This document shows positions 35,970 through 59,600 of a stretch of DNA of 64,000 nt, in pieces (position 1 is the stretch's first letter; each line of letters starts with the position of its first letter). The DNA is from Saccostrea cucullata (Eukaryota), in contig NW_026936003.1 of NCBI RefSeq assembly GCF_032062105.1, positions 558,001-622,000 of the forward strand. Direction: 5' to 3'. Both the position numbers and the translations under genes were made by a program. A model generated the notes under the pieces. The model made no database searches, was not told the DNA's origin, and saw only the letters and a program-made list of their open reading frames with translations.

Positions 35970-37115
35970 TATGTCCGCAAAAACTTGAACCTTGTCCATA
36001 ACTTTTGAGTGGTTGGGAGTATAGCTTTTATATTTCACAGGTGTATACCTTTCTTCAGGTACCACCAAATTTGACCTCTTGACCTTGGAATTTGACCAAC
36101 TTAAAAGATATCAAACTTAAACCTTGGCTATAACTTTTGGTGCTAGGGTTTTTATACTTTTTGAAAATTTAAACCATAACTTTTGAAAAGTTAGTACTGG
36201 GGCTTTCCTATGTCATTGGTGTATTCCTTGTGATAAGATCTTTCTCTGGATACCAACAATTTCGACCTTTTGACCTTAACTTTGGATTTTGACTTGCATT
36301 TTTAAAAATTTTAATTTTCACCATAAGATGCCATATTGGGGCATCAGTGTTTCACAAACCCATCTAGTTGTTTGAATCATATGTCCTTAATAATAGTCAT
36401 TGTTAAAATTATGTGTAAACATTTTTATGCCCCCGTAATTGAAAATTCCGGGGTAAATAGTTTTTGCCCTGTCTGTCCATTAATGTTTGTCAACAAAAAC
36501 TTTAACCATGTCCTTAACTTTTGAATGGATGGGGCTATGGCTTTCATATTTCACAGGTATATTCCTTTTGACAAGACCTTTCATTTGGTACCACTGAATT
36601 TGATCTTTTGACCTTGGAATTTGACCCACTTTTAACAAAAATTCCCAAACTTTACACATGACCACTTTCAAATAGTTGGTGCCAGGGGTTTCATACTTCA
36701 CATGAGTATTCACTGTGACAAGACCTTTTATTTGGGTTTAAAATATTTGACCTTGACCTTAGAGTTTGGTAAACTTTTAATAAAAACTTTAAACTTGACA
36801 ATAACTTCTGAACTGTTAAGTGCTATCGCTTTCATATTTTACAGGTGTATTTCTTGTGACAAGATCTTCCTTTGGATACTTACAGTTTTGACCTTGACCT
36901 TAAGAGCTTGACCCATTTAAAAACCTTTAATCTTTACCAAGTTTTGAACCATAAGTAATAGGTCTCTCATATTTCACAGGTGTATTCCTTGTGAGAAGAC
37001 CTTACTTTGAGTACCAACAATTTTGACCTTGACCATTAACTTGCATTTGAGATATGTCAATCCTCACCATAAGCTGCCATATGGGGGCATCAGTGTTTCA
37101 TTCACAAGTCTTCTA
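35970..37115 (+). mobile_element. Two adjacent HINE-type elements with degenerate ~165-170-bp satellite units
   Basis: Units with atatttcacaggtgtattccttgtgacaagacc...ttgaccttgg; ends ggggcatcagtgtttcac at ~36340 and ~37085; second element starts ttttatgccccc at 36423. Confidence 0.7.
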
Positions 37116-38455
37116 AATGCCTCAGTATCTAAATAATTACCTTTTAAAAATGTTTTAGATGATATAAGCCATAAAATTCAAAAAGTAGGTCATGGTCCCT
37201 ACTTTTAAGTTGACATTGTTCAAGGACCCAAGATTCATCAACTGAAAACGTTTGATGATCATAGGCCTTAATGAGTCCAAAGTATGCCTCAAAATCAATT
37301 TTAAAACAAATGCCCCCAAAATTCAAAAGGTAGGTCACTGTGACCTCTTTTTGAGTTAACATTATGTGAAGTCCTAAGATGCATCAACTTACAAGATTTG
37401 ATGATCTTTAAAGTAAGCAAAATATAAACGTTTTCATAGTGTAATTTTTGGTCAAATTTGAAGCGACCTTGAGACTATGCCCTTTGCCCCAGGGTGATGC
37501 TTTGAACAATGTGTTATGTTCAACATATACTTATCCTTGGTGGTGATCTGCCTGATGGTTTTAAAGAAGAATTTTTAGCAACCAGTCGGTTTTAATGGTA
37601 GCCATTCAACCAAGGATACCCTGTGTCAAATTTGACAATGATTGACCAAGGAGTTCTTGAGTTATGGCCCATATTCTAAAAAGTTGACGCACACCACACA
37701 AATGGCCATAGCATTAGTTCTTTGAGCCTTTGGCTCAGAATAGCTAAAAATACATTTAATAGAGAAATAATTTTTTTACTTTTTTAAACACTTCAAATAT
37801 AATCTTTGATAATGTAAAAAAAAAATAATACAGTAAAAATTTATTAACAGATAATTTTAAAAATCATTGTTTCATCTTTTATATTTAGTGAAGTGCCACA
37901 CTCAAACTAGTCAACTGGGACAGAGTTTTTAGTTTTCAATAAAATTTGCATCATTTCTGACACTGACATAACCATATAGGAAAGTGAGGGACAATGCATA
38001 CAAAATTTTCAGATTCCAATTGTCAAAGAAGAGGATAAAAAGTTGGGAATATTCATAAATATTTATTCTCTATTCAAGACTTCATTATTTACAAACATAT
38101 TTAAAAAAATTCAGCCAAGCTTAATTTTAACAAGCAAGTTCAGTATATTTTCAATTGGAATTAAAGAGATTCTGAGCTCAACATGGGTTTCTACATAAAA
38201 CCTTTCTAGTACATGAGGAAAAAAACAAAAAGTACTGCAGATACGATCGAAACTTTGCATTCAGTGTAACAATATAAAGCACTATTAATATTAACAGTTT
38301 GAGAGAGTGGTTTTCAACTCATTTTGAAGAACTCTGTAAAACAATGAAAACAGACGACTTCTGTTCATCAAGAACCACAATAACATAATTCTTCAATGTT
38401 CCAGGTGTATGTATAAAAATTGTCAATAAATTATAAAATCTTCAGTGATGAGATG

Positions 38456-47432
<8,977 letters not shown>

Positions 47433-47610
47433 GATGATGTCTGCTCTCCTTGAAAATGAATAATATCGTCAGCTGCCACGAGAGGGCGCAGTTTCCAAAT
47501 AAATTGGTTTCTCTCCTAACTTGCAGAGAACCAGTTTAACAGACTGACAACTTCCGGGAAAAGTAAAACTGTCGCAAGTCACCTTTTTCTTGTAACCACA
47601 TGCAGTGAAG
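47433..47610. promoter_or_regulatory. Bidirectional promoter region shared by DLD and EEA1
   Basis: Divergent ATGs with 178 bp between them; CTCF-like CCACGAGAGGGCGC at 47476-47489; ETS/GABP-type ACTTCCGG at 47550-47557. Confidence 0.75.
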
Positions 47611-50600
47611 ATGTTTAAAAGGTTGTTAAATAGAAAGGAAAATGAGAAGGTATATCAAGATTATGAACAATGACTATGAAGTTTACTATAAACAAAAATT
47701 AAAGTTGCGCGCTCAGGATTTGGAAGGGGGAGTGTCAAGGGTTGTGTAAAAGTAGTTTCCACTAACTGAATGCACTGACTTCACTAAATTTATTAGCTGC
47801 AGATCTGTAGCTCACTGGTCTGAAAAAAATGGGATGGATGACCAGAGAGCTACAGTGCCAACCATAGAAAAAACTTCACATTTAGTGCACACTAAAAGTT
47901 GCACTAATTTTTTTTTATTAATTTCTCCAAAGTCTGGCCTAAGCCTCTACGTAGGTGTACTACATGTATAAACTCCATTTAAAAAAATTTTCCTTTCAAC
48001 AATACTCTCACATTTTATATATACATGAAGCGCATTGTACCTAATTAACTTGTCGTCCAAAATGGCAGTGAACACAGGCAAACTTTTTTGATAGTTTCCT
48101 TTTCAAACACAGGATGCTATTTATACGTTTTTGTTGTGGAAATTGAAAAAGCCGATAAGTTAGGAACAGATGGTTAGTAATAATTTGAGAAAGCGGGTTT
48201 TAAAAACATTGAGAAATAAATTGAGAAACAGCACTTTTTTTATGTGCAATAAATATACACTTTATTCAAAGGTAGCACTGTAGCTCTCCGGTCTGTCAAT
48301 ACAATTTTTTAAAGACCTACAGTTCTGTAGCTATTAATTTATATCTTGGATGATTCAAACTAACTTGATTGATATTTAAACTGTGAAATTTACTTTTAAA
48401 TAGCCCAGTACTCTAACTTAGTACTACTTGTACTAGGCCAATAAACTTTAGATTTTGAGATCAAATCTAACATTTATATTGAGCATGTTGAGTAGATACT
48501 TTTGATAACAAAATATAAAAATTGAAAATTTTGGACAGGGCACTTTGAGAGGGGCAGTTGTTGATGAGAATTAAAAATTTAATTTTATTTGGCCTAAATT
48601 TAATCATGTTAATAGTAAACAAACCAGTTATTAAACTATTCGATAATTCCAAGGCAAGAAAACTTTATACACCAATGCACATGTTCCAATAGTGAAAACA
48701 AAATACACAACTATAAAATGACAAAATTTAGCTGGTATCTTATATTCTTTAATTAGATATCCACAGAAGGCAGTGATTCAAAGGTATTTTCCCTTCATTT
48801 CAGAATTCCTCTGTTTAACGCAACATGCAGATTTCTGAAATGCTTTTTCTCTACAAGAAAAGCTTCCAGTTTTTGTCACTCGCATGCACTTATTGTAGTA
48901 AAATGTAAAAGGATGATATGTACATAATGTACTTGGTGTTCATTCCAGAAATGGAAATGAGGAATCAATTTCCCCTGGATAAAAAGGGGGAGGGCATGGA
49001 AGCAATTTAAGTACAGCCTGCAAATGGTCATAATAATTCTTAATCTACTAAGATCATTCCCTTTTATACTTACTAAAAATCTACTCACCATCATTGATAA
49101 AAAAAAAAAAATTATTTACACTCACAAATCAATCAGTGATCATCATTTTTTTTTTCAGGAAATCAATTTTTTTGGAGGGGGTGGGATGGGTTTAAGTAAT
49201 AAGTTTTTAACCCCCATCTGAAATCAGTTTGTAAAACATGTAGAAGGGTGGAGTAGTTTGGGGTTTACTGAATTATGTTTGGTTCTGGCATTTCACTCTG
49301 AACTATGAACTGTAAAAATGTCTGCACATTGCTTTGTCTGCTTCTTCTGTTTTACTTTCAATCTTTTGTGCATAATTGCATGCTGTTGTAGATACACATG
49401 ATGGCAATGTTCATTTTCAAATTGACACTTTACAGAAAAGTTATTTTGATTTTAAACAAACATGTCAATCTTAGTTTACCCCACTTTATTGTTTTTGTAG
49501 ACTGCAATGTACAAAAAAAATCTGATGAAATGTGAATGATTACAAGATTAGAAGACGCATTAGTCTATAAGTGTACTGTATTGTACTTGATATGTGTTCT
49601 TGAAATTTCAGCTCTAGCACAAGAAAACCACAAATCTTGAAGATGAGATGACATACAATACATGTACACAGACTAAATTGTCAATACTTGTATAAATTAA
49701 TTCAAAGACAAGAAAAATATGAAAATTTATTGTCAGAGTCTGTAGGATACATTCAAGTCATTTAATAATTTTTTTATAGAAAAATTTTTCTGTGATCATA
49801 TGCTGGCATTAATCAAGTACTATGAATAAATGGAATGAAATAATATGAAATTGTAATTTACATTACAGCCTCCACAAGCCTCACCCCAGAAAGTTTCCAC
49901 CGAGGAGGCACAGGTAAGAAAACTTTTACAAACTACAGAATTTCAATTTGCATAAATTAGACTTACATGTAATATAAAAATTAATTAAAAAAATCCTCAA
50001 AACCCATGAATGGAAACATAATTTTATGAGTTAAAATTATAATTTTTGCTTTAAACATGTTAAAAGCTTTAGTATTTGTAAGAATTTAGAAATAATTTGA
50101 TGCCAAAACTCTGTCGGTTTTTATGCCCTTTTTTCTTTGTAGTTAATACAATGTCATGTACATATTAATGTATTAACATTTGCTTTGTAGGGTTTTGTTT
50201 GTCCTATTTGTATGATCTCCCTCCAATCAGCCGAGGGCTTACAAAGACACTTTGAAGATGCTCATGATGAAAGCAAGCAGAGCCAAGGGGTATAACTCTG
50301 TTAAAGACTAAAATAAATGATGTAAATCAAGCTAAAATATAATTTTCCTTGGAAATTCAAAGTAAATGGCATTGTGAAAACTAAATTTTGATTCAAATTT
50401 TTCTTTATTATTTGTAATATAAACTTTAAATGGAAGTAATAGGTAAAGTTATCTGAAATTGTGCATGTTTTATTTTAAAACGTAACAAGCTCTAGTTAAA
50501 GACAATTGAATTCCAAGTTTGATGTTTAATTTTTCAGGAGGGATTTTTGTGCCCCATTTGTAAGAAATCTTTGCCCTCTCCAGAGGAGCTTCAGGCCCAT

Positions 50601-53600
50601 TTTGATTCCACTCATGATGAGAAGGCAGTCACATCAGAAAACAGGTAAAGATGAAGAAAATGGCTATATTCCATAATAGGAAAATAATTAAGATAATCAC
50701 TTAATATTATTCAAAATGAATACTGTATACAGTCAGGGTTAATTTTTGCCCTTTCCTACCTGCAAACAATTTTGCCCTATTTTGAATTTAAAGTTCTGTT
50801 TAATTAAGAGCTAATGTTGTTTTATTTTGAATTTGCCCTGAGGGACAAGGGCGAAAATAATACAGGCCAAAACATTTTCATCCAGTAAATAGTATTTTGT
50901 GTTAACTGTTCAGGAGGGCTTCCCATTTATAACCACAGATAGATATTTATTTAAGAAGTGTTACAGTCAAATCTGGTTATCTCAAAAATCCTTAAGGCTA
51001 ATGAACATATGAATTTTATTGGGTTCTTCCCTGGACTGAAAGAGTTTTCAAAGTCATTACTAATAATGTCTATATATGGATTTGATAAAACCTCGTTTGA
51101 AACAATTTTTGTGGGAAAAAAATTGGGATTTATGTTTTGTAATTTTTCTCAAAGCGGTTGAAAAATGCAACTAAATTTTTGCACGAAACTTTAAAATGGT
51201 AACGACTCTGATTTTTTGTATAAGAACATGTAATGGTATTAAAAATTTAGATATAGAATATCTTGAAAAATTATCAGTAGGTAAGGTACCTTGCGTATGT
51301 CCTTAAGGAGGAACTATGATATATCTGATGATATACAAAGCAAATTCTGCAAAAAAAGTTGTTGGACATGTCATCAATTATCAACATATCCAAGATATTT
51401 GAGATATCAGTGTTCAAGATACCCTAGTTCAATTGTATTTTGTGTATTAAAGGGTGTCTGTATGTTTTTATTTTGCAGAGATGGGGATGTTTTGGCCATG
51501 AGACAAGAAATTGAGGATCTTAAAACCTCCCTAAAGGAGGAGAGATGGTACACAGAGGAACTGAAAAAAGAACTGGGGAGGGTCCCAGTGGAGGGAGGGG
51601 CCAAGGCTATTCCATTATCTGCTCAGGTATGATCTTGTTTGTTTTAGCACTATAGTAAAAGAAAAATTTAAAGAGGAAGAAATTCTTGTTTTGAATCTCT
51701 CATGAACTTTACAATTATATTATATACATGTATTTTGCATTCATGAAATATTGCTGAATGCTCAAACAAGAGTGTCAATGTGCCATTAAGATTTTTGAAA
51801 ATAAGTAAAATTACAACAATTAAACAAAAATATAATAAATTTATATTTATTTAGGAAAGATCAGAGCTGGAGATGAATCGACTGCAGCTGAGGGGGTCAG
51901 AAGAGAGTCGAACTTTGTGTAAGGTTTTACAAGATTTTTGAACAAGCATGAATTATATGTAACATTTTTATATGTATTTTAAAATATTTGGCTGCTTGAA
52001 CCTTGCAACATTGAATTTCTGGGAGACTTTTTGGAAATGATAGATGTGTGAATAATTGTTGATTTATGCTATAGCTTAGATGAAACAATGAAAGTTATGA
52101 CTTTATAAAACAAACAAGACAATTTTTCATGTTAAGACACTCTTTGTCATGTATGTGTTTTACAGCATCTAGAGCTTTTTATTTCTAACAATTACCCAAT
52201 GTTATGTGCTCTTTTGATCAAATCAAATTAAGATTTCTTCTAGTTTGCTTTCTTTCTCTTCTTTTATGACACATTTTGATATCACAGAAATCCCCCTGCA
52301 ATAGCAGCCAAAAATAAATAAAAAATGTAGCAGAATTATTGTCATACACAGTGTCAGATTCATTCCTTCTTTCAATACAGTTTTCTGATCTGAATCTTGT
52401 GATTTCTTTAGTGAGCTCTGAGGTCCACCATCTACAAACCAAAGTCTCGGAGTTAAACAGTAAACTGGAGAATATAACGCAGGAGAGGGATAAACTACAG
52501 ACCAGATCTGGCGAAATGGTAAGGGGAGTACCTTGTGTGACAGTTTAGATTAAATCAGGGGATATGATAGGGGACTTCATTCTTGTATTAATACAACTTT
52601 ACTAATCAAGGGAAGTTTTTAATCTTCATGTATTGATATACCCTCATTGAGAACAAGGAGAAGACGAGTAGAAGGTCTCTTCTCTCAGCCCAACTATTTT
52701 TTCTCATACATTGTACATAGCTGTCAGTAGCGTATTAAAAGTGGACCCCCCTTAAGATAAGCCCCGATTTTCAATGCCTTTATTATGTATATCTTTGCAA
52801 AACATGCATTTGTGTGCATATTTATCATACCTAAAATTTGCAAGAATATTTACCAGGCCATATATACCATTTTTTTTTTCAGAGTGCGTTAATATGGTAG
52901 ATATGAATGCATTTTGAAAAGAAATTTTATTTTTTCAGAGTGTGTTGATTTGGTCCCAAATTTAACGGTGTGCAATTTGAAAAAACAACTAGTAATTTTC
53001 AATTTCAAGGGGTACAGGTAGACTTTGTGTTTAAACTGGATGCAATATTTAATAAATCAGATATCTATTCATTCATTTTCATTAAGAGTTGTTTTTTTTT
53101 AATTTTCCAAAATATACTGAAAAAAATATAGATAGATAGATAAAATTAAGATTTAAGAAAAATTATTGTACCTTTAATTTTATTTTTTCCAAACTATTCA
53201 ATAGTAATTTGATTGAGAATTTACAAATTATTATTCCCTTTTTTGTGTTACATTCTCAAATTCTTTAATAAATTAACAAAAATGATTTTTTTTTCTTAAA
53301 ATAATATAGATATTTATGTATGATAAATAAAGTGTTTCTATAAAGTTTTGTATAATTTAATTCATTTATTTATCATTTTTAATTATTAAAACATTCTTTT
53401 AAACCATCATAAAATACCGAAGTTATGTTTCAATTTTTATGATAAATATAGATGATTCGAGATAAAAACAGATCACTTTGATTTTTAAGGAATTCTTAAG
53501 TTTATAAGTTAATTGATGAAGCACCTGTTAATTGGTATCAGTTCACTTTGAAATTTTTAATAAACAAAAGTATCGTAATAAGTGTAATGTGTTAAAAAAA

Positions 53601-56600
53601 TTAATATAAAATGCAGTCCAAGCTGTAAATACAAGAAAACACAGGCTAATGTATTATCCCTTATAAATTTAGTTGTTGAAACATATGGAGATGGGCTAAA
53701 TAAATTGTAAATATTGTAAATATGTGTGTCAGATATGAAAGTGAAACAGTGCTATTTAATATATAATGTAAAAATCAGTGCTGCTAAACGATAGAACTTC
53801 AAGATAATTCATAGTTTTTAAATAAATACGTTTTGTGCTTCTAAAATTATTTATTTAAATAATATGTATACAAAATATTTATTCCTACTAGTGCTCAAAT
53901 TAAAAAAAAAATGAATTAAAAATCCATATTATTTTATTTAAATTCTGGTAGATTATTCATACAGGTAAGTCTACCTGTAAAAGGGCCCCTTAATTGAGTG
54001 TGTGTTGTGTGTGTGTGTCGGGGAATAAACCAATTTAACACAATTTGCAATTTTTTTTCAAAGTGCGTAATTTTTCAAAGTGCATTGTGACATGGGTGAA
54101 TTTTTTTTAGCTGCGTGGGCTGAATACTGTAAATCACGTTTTATTCGCAGAACTTTATTTTCGCGTTATTATGTGAGACAATGAGCTCCCGAAAATTTCA
54201 TTCTCGCGTTTAAAAGTATTCCATACAATTATATAGAGAAAAAACAACAAAATTTGTGAAAATTATGTCTCGCTTACAAAGAGCCAATGACTATCTCTCA
54301 AAAGTAAGGTGTGCGAAAATTTAGTGATCTAAGTATGTGTTAATGAATTAAGGTGATAGACTGATAGATCATTTTCAAGTATTTAGAAAACATTATAATT
54401 ATGTGTTAAAAAAATTAATATAAAATGGTGAAAAATACATTTAATGATTTCATTCAAAATTTATTTGTAAATGATGATTCAAGGATACGAAGTACATGCA
54501 GGTAGCAGCAGGCACGTAGCATTGTTTCTGAAAGTGGGGCGGCCAACCAGAGAAAAAAAAAATTTACTTACCTGTAAAATTTGACAAGCAAAAAAAAAAG
54601 AAAAAAGAAAAAAAAAGGTCATTGCCCAAACTCCAAAATCCCTTTGTATGTGTGTGTGTGTGTGGGGGGGGGAGGGGGGGGGGTAGTGGCCAACTTTTTC
54701 AAGGCCAACTTCATTTCACTTCCAATTCTTTCCCATACAATACTACATTTCCTTGATATTAGTATACTGTGGTAAGAAGTGGGGGGGGGGGGCAACCAAC
54801 CTTTCAATGGACATTTTCAATTGTAAAGGTAAAGGTAATGTTGGGGGAAAAGTGGGGGGGCCAGCTCCCCCCCCCCCTTTTGCTACGTGCCTGAGCAGCT
54901 AGGGAATAAATATTGTACAGTGATTATTAAGGGTGAAACGTTTACTGAATTTTGTAAACGTTTAAAGTATAACGAACAGCAGTAAACGAAACGTTACCGT
55001 TTAAACGGGAGAATTTTTTGTGTTGAATTTTTATGGCTACTTACTCATGAAAAACTATTTTAATAAACCATTCTTTCACTATAATGTAAGTACGAGTTGT
55101 CATTACTGTTTATTTGTTGGTTTTTATGACGAAAGAGTAGGAAGCGTCAAAACTGAAATGAGATAGTAATCCTAATACGATATATAAGATTGAGGGTTCC
55201 AGTTTACGTTCAATTTTTCAAAGCTCTATATTCAACATTTTACCGTTATAAGCATGATACTTTTAATTTTCTAATCAATAAATTCATTTTAGAACATAAA
55301 CTTGGAAAAATAAAATAATACATCGCTAGTTTTCACTTCTCGTTAATTTTACGTTTCTGGTATCAATATTTTAACAGAAAAAAATGTTTGTAACAGACAC
55401 GGAGTGTGTTTTCTTTGGTAAATATGAAATAAAACAACTTGTTTGGATAAAAGGTTTTTTTTCTGATAGACATTGACATTAACCTTCGTGTAAACGTTTA
55501 CTCAATTTGTAAACGTTTAGAGCATTTAATCGAAACGTCGCCGTTTACACGTGTAATCGTTTCGCCCTTAGTGATTATAAGCCTGTTCATTAGATGTATA
55601 AGTGCTTGTTGCTATTATTTACATGATTGTTTAGTAACAGTCTATAAATTACTGTACCATCCACAAAAATATTTGAAAATCTATGAATTAATACTCTGTG
55701 GTCAACTTTCTATTGTTTGACTAAAGCATCTGGCTATTTGACATAGGTTTCTTAGTAAAATTGAGATCTAACTTTTCAGTCTTCTTGCCACATTAGTTGA
55801 CATATATCATAAATGTTAGAAAAATTGTTTTTATACCCGTGATGCAAGCAGCATTAAGTGTAAATCATTTCAAAACAAGTCTTGTTTTTATCAAGTTTTA
55901 TCAAGTTTTACTCATCTGTGTCAAGGATAAAAACTACCCACAGCAGGATTTTGAAAAAAAAAACCCCAAGAATGCAATCACTGTGACAAACAAAACACAT
56001 GTCAAGGTCTTTTTTCTGCACAAACAACAACAAGTACAGAAGATTCAATCAAAACATACCATGTCAAAGTTCTAATCTTCAGTACTTGACAAAATAATTC
56101 TTTTTGGAGTGTATGAATCAATCTTCTTGCCGCATTAGTTGACATATATCATAAATGTTAGAAAAATTGTTCTTATACCCGTGATGCATTAAGTGTAAAT
56201 CAATTTTTTTTTAGAGAAAAATCCCAAACAAGTCTGTTTTTATCAAATTTTACTCATCTGTGTCAAGGATAAAAACCACCCACGGCAGGAGTTTGAAAGA
56301 AAGAAAAAAACCGAAGAATGTAATCACTCTGACAAACAACACACATGTCAAGTTCTTTTTTCTGCACAAACAACACCAAGTTTAGATGATTCAAATCAAA
56401 ACGTACCATTTCAAAGTTCTAATCTTAATGCAGTACTTAAAAAAATAATTCTTTTCTGAGTGTATTTCTTTTTTTCCAAGTCATGCACTTTAAAATATTT
56501 TATTCATGAGTACATGTAATACTATATGTTGTTGCAAATTTCCTTCTGCAATGTGGAGGCAATTTAGGGCAAAAAATTTAAAAGCATTTTATCTATCAAT

Positions 56601-59600
56601 TGTTTATAAAATAAAAGGATAAAAGTGCTAAATTTTAATAAGGCTTTAGGCTGTTTTGGGATAGGAAAAAAAGGTTGCTGTTGCTTTAGACTGAGAGTCA
56701 AGAGTACATATAAAATAGAAGGGAAAAATTCTTAAGAGGAAATTTAATTTTCACATTTGAAGGATGTGGTCATGATAGGTTCAGATGTAATTATTTCTAG
56801 ATAAACCAAAGGTTAAAATAAATTGAATTATATTTACATGTAATATCCACCTAGGATAAAAATTTCATTATTTTTGTACTCATTCATACAGAATTAAAAG
56901 GAAAAAACAATTTATGTTAATGTCAAACTTGACGTCTATTACAATTTGGCAATGATGAAAGTACTAAGTAATATTTTCTTAACTTAAAGGTTATAAAATA
57001 ATTTGTTAAGAAAAATCAAACCTCATTATCTTGAACTCAATGAGACAGAGCAAAAAAACTTTGAAAATATCCAAAAATTACAGATATCCTCTGTAAATTG
57101 CTTAAATACTGTGAAATCACTAATTTTCATTGGGGTTAAATTTTGGTGGTTTTCAAGGTATGAAGCAAACCATGAATTTATGTCTACCATGAAATGTAAT
57201 TTTTCATAGATATGACTACTAAACAATTCCTTGTCCACGAAATTAAATCCCAACAAACTCATATTTTTTTCTTAAACCACGAAAATTTGACCCTTCGAAA
57301 ATATGTGATTTTAGAGAAGTTAAGTTAATTATGGGCTTAGGACATTCAAATCACTTTGACATATCCATGGTATTTGAGATAATTGATGTTCTAGACATGG
57401 AAATTCAGCTGTATTGATTTTAACCTTTCCATAATGATTATAACTTTTTACAGGCTTCAGAACTAGTTGCTGTTAAGGCTCGGGCCGATGAGATCGAGAG
57501 TCAGAGAGGCGCACACGAAGATCACATTTTTACCTTGAAGGTTCATTTTTCGTCCAAACATTATCAAGAAATCTGATCTTTTGTAACTGATTTCTCAATG
57601 TCAAATTCAGTATTGAATCTCATTTTTTTAAAATTTCAAATTAAACAAAAATATATTTTGATAATCAGTGTTGAATCATATTTTTTTTCAATTCAGATTT
57701 TTAAAAAGCATAATTTTACTTTCTCCTTTCAGCAACAAATGGAACAGAAAGAAGATCAGATGAAAAGTTTAGAAATACAGCTTAATCAGAGGTACTATCT
57801 ACTAAAGGTAGCTCTGCTTAGTACATGTACTGTGGTACTCTAAGCTTGTGAAATCAATGAAATTTACAATTTCAGTACACTGTATTAAAAATCCACATGA
57901 TACTGAAAGTTTTGCAAATTTCAGCATATTAATCAATAATTTATTATTACTGGTATAATAGAAACTCATGTTTCTTCAGAGTGAAATTAATTTGTGATAT
58001 ATACATGTATGGAGGTACTAATCACTGGAAATAAATGAACTTGCATGATTTTTTTTTTCAGTGCGGAAAAAAAGTAACAGTATACTTGAGTATATAATAA
58101 ATGTCAAAATGTTGCACAAATGGTCACATGCTTATCATTGTTAAGACTTAATGACCACCACATTTCAAACAGTCACACCCTCCCTATCCCCCAGGACGCC
58201 CAATATTCATGGATGTAAAAGAAATCATCTATTGTATACATTAATTGTCATGTTAAGTGGGGGCATCAGTGGGCTTGCTTCATTGTTAATCTGATAGTAC
58301 ATAGAAGGATTGATGTTTGCATGAACATTGAATGGTGTAGATACATTGGTTTAATTTAGATATTGTTCAATTAGGTCTTACATTAATTAAAGTATACAGT
58401 AATAGTAGATACATGTACATGCACCACATATCCAAATTGCCACACAGGAATATAGTGTATAGATTGTACAATGTCATGTATATGCTCATGTTCATGTATT
58501 TTAAATTTTTAACTTGCATACCTTTCATTTGAAGGCAGATATTTTGAATTCATTTTCTATTCAGGAAGAAAGGAAATAAAAAACATGGCTGGCACAAAGT
58601 TAAAAAGCTGAAATTCTATTCAGACGACTTTTTACATTCAGTCATCATATGTTTAATGTTTGATTTGTAGGCCTGGCACAGAGGATGTCCTAGTGTTAAA
58701 GCAGGAATTGATATCTGTACAGAAGCTGATGGACAACATGACTCTGGAGCAAGAGAAAGAGAAGGAGGAATTAAAGAAGAAAATGACAGCTCTGGAGGAG
58801 GAGCATAGAGGGTAGGCAGGGTTAAAATATCAATGACAGCTCTGGAGGAGGAGCATAGAGGGTAGGCAGGGTTAAAATATCAATGACAGCTCTGGAGGAG
58901 GAGCATAGAGGGTAGGCGGGGTTAAAATATCAATGACAGCTCTGGAGGAGGAGCATAGAGGGTAGGTGGGGTTAAAATATCAATGACAGCTCTAGAGGAG
59001 GAGCATAGAGGATAGGCGGGGTTAAAATATCAATGACAGCTCTAGAGGAGGAGCATAGAGGGTAGGTGGGATTAAAATATCAATGACAGATCTAAAGGAG
59101 GAGGATGAAATTAGAGAGTGAAAGGCGGGGTTAAAAAAAATTATAGAAAGACTAGATGTACATGGAGGAGGAGCAATTTTCAAAGTTTGTTTTGTGAATT
59201 TCTTATCATTTTGGTGGGTTAAAATATCAATGACAGCTCTGGAGGAGTAGCATAGAGAGTAGGCGGGGTTAAAATATCAATGACAGGTTTGGAGGAGGAG
59301 TTTTAGGCCTCCTGAACAGAAAGGTTAAAAAGTTCAATGAAAGCTCTGGAGGAGGACCTCTGTAATCTCTTACACAGGGTTAAAAATTTCAAACAAACTT
59401 GACAGCTCTGGAGGAGGAGCATTGAGGCCTTCATCTAAAGATATATAATTTTGGATAGTGAAAAATTAATTACATCTTTTAAAAATCTTTTTCTTTGTAC
59501 CACTTGAAAAGAAAATATGAATCTTAGGTGTAAGCATTTTCAAAGTTTGTTCAAACCATGGACAAATGAAAGGGGTTAAAGAATAGGGGTAAATGAAATT

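Noticed and set aside
49612-49640. Extra EEA1 exon after tttcag
   Set aside because: In the required phase it reads CTC TAG (stop) and there is no good donor.
52725-54120. Possible large AT-rich transposon remnant in EEA1 intron
   Set aside because: Could not identify matching termini or a TSD by eye.
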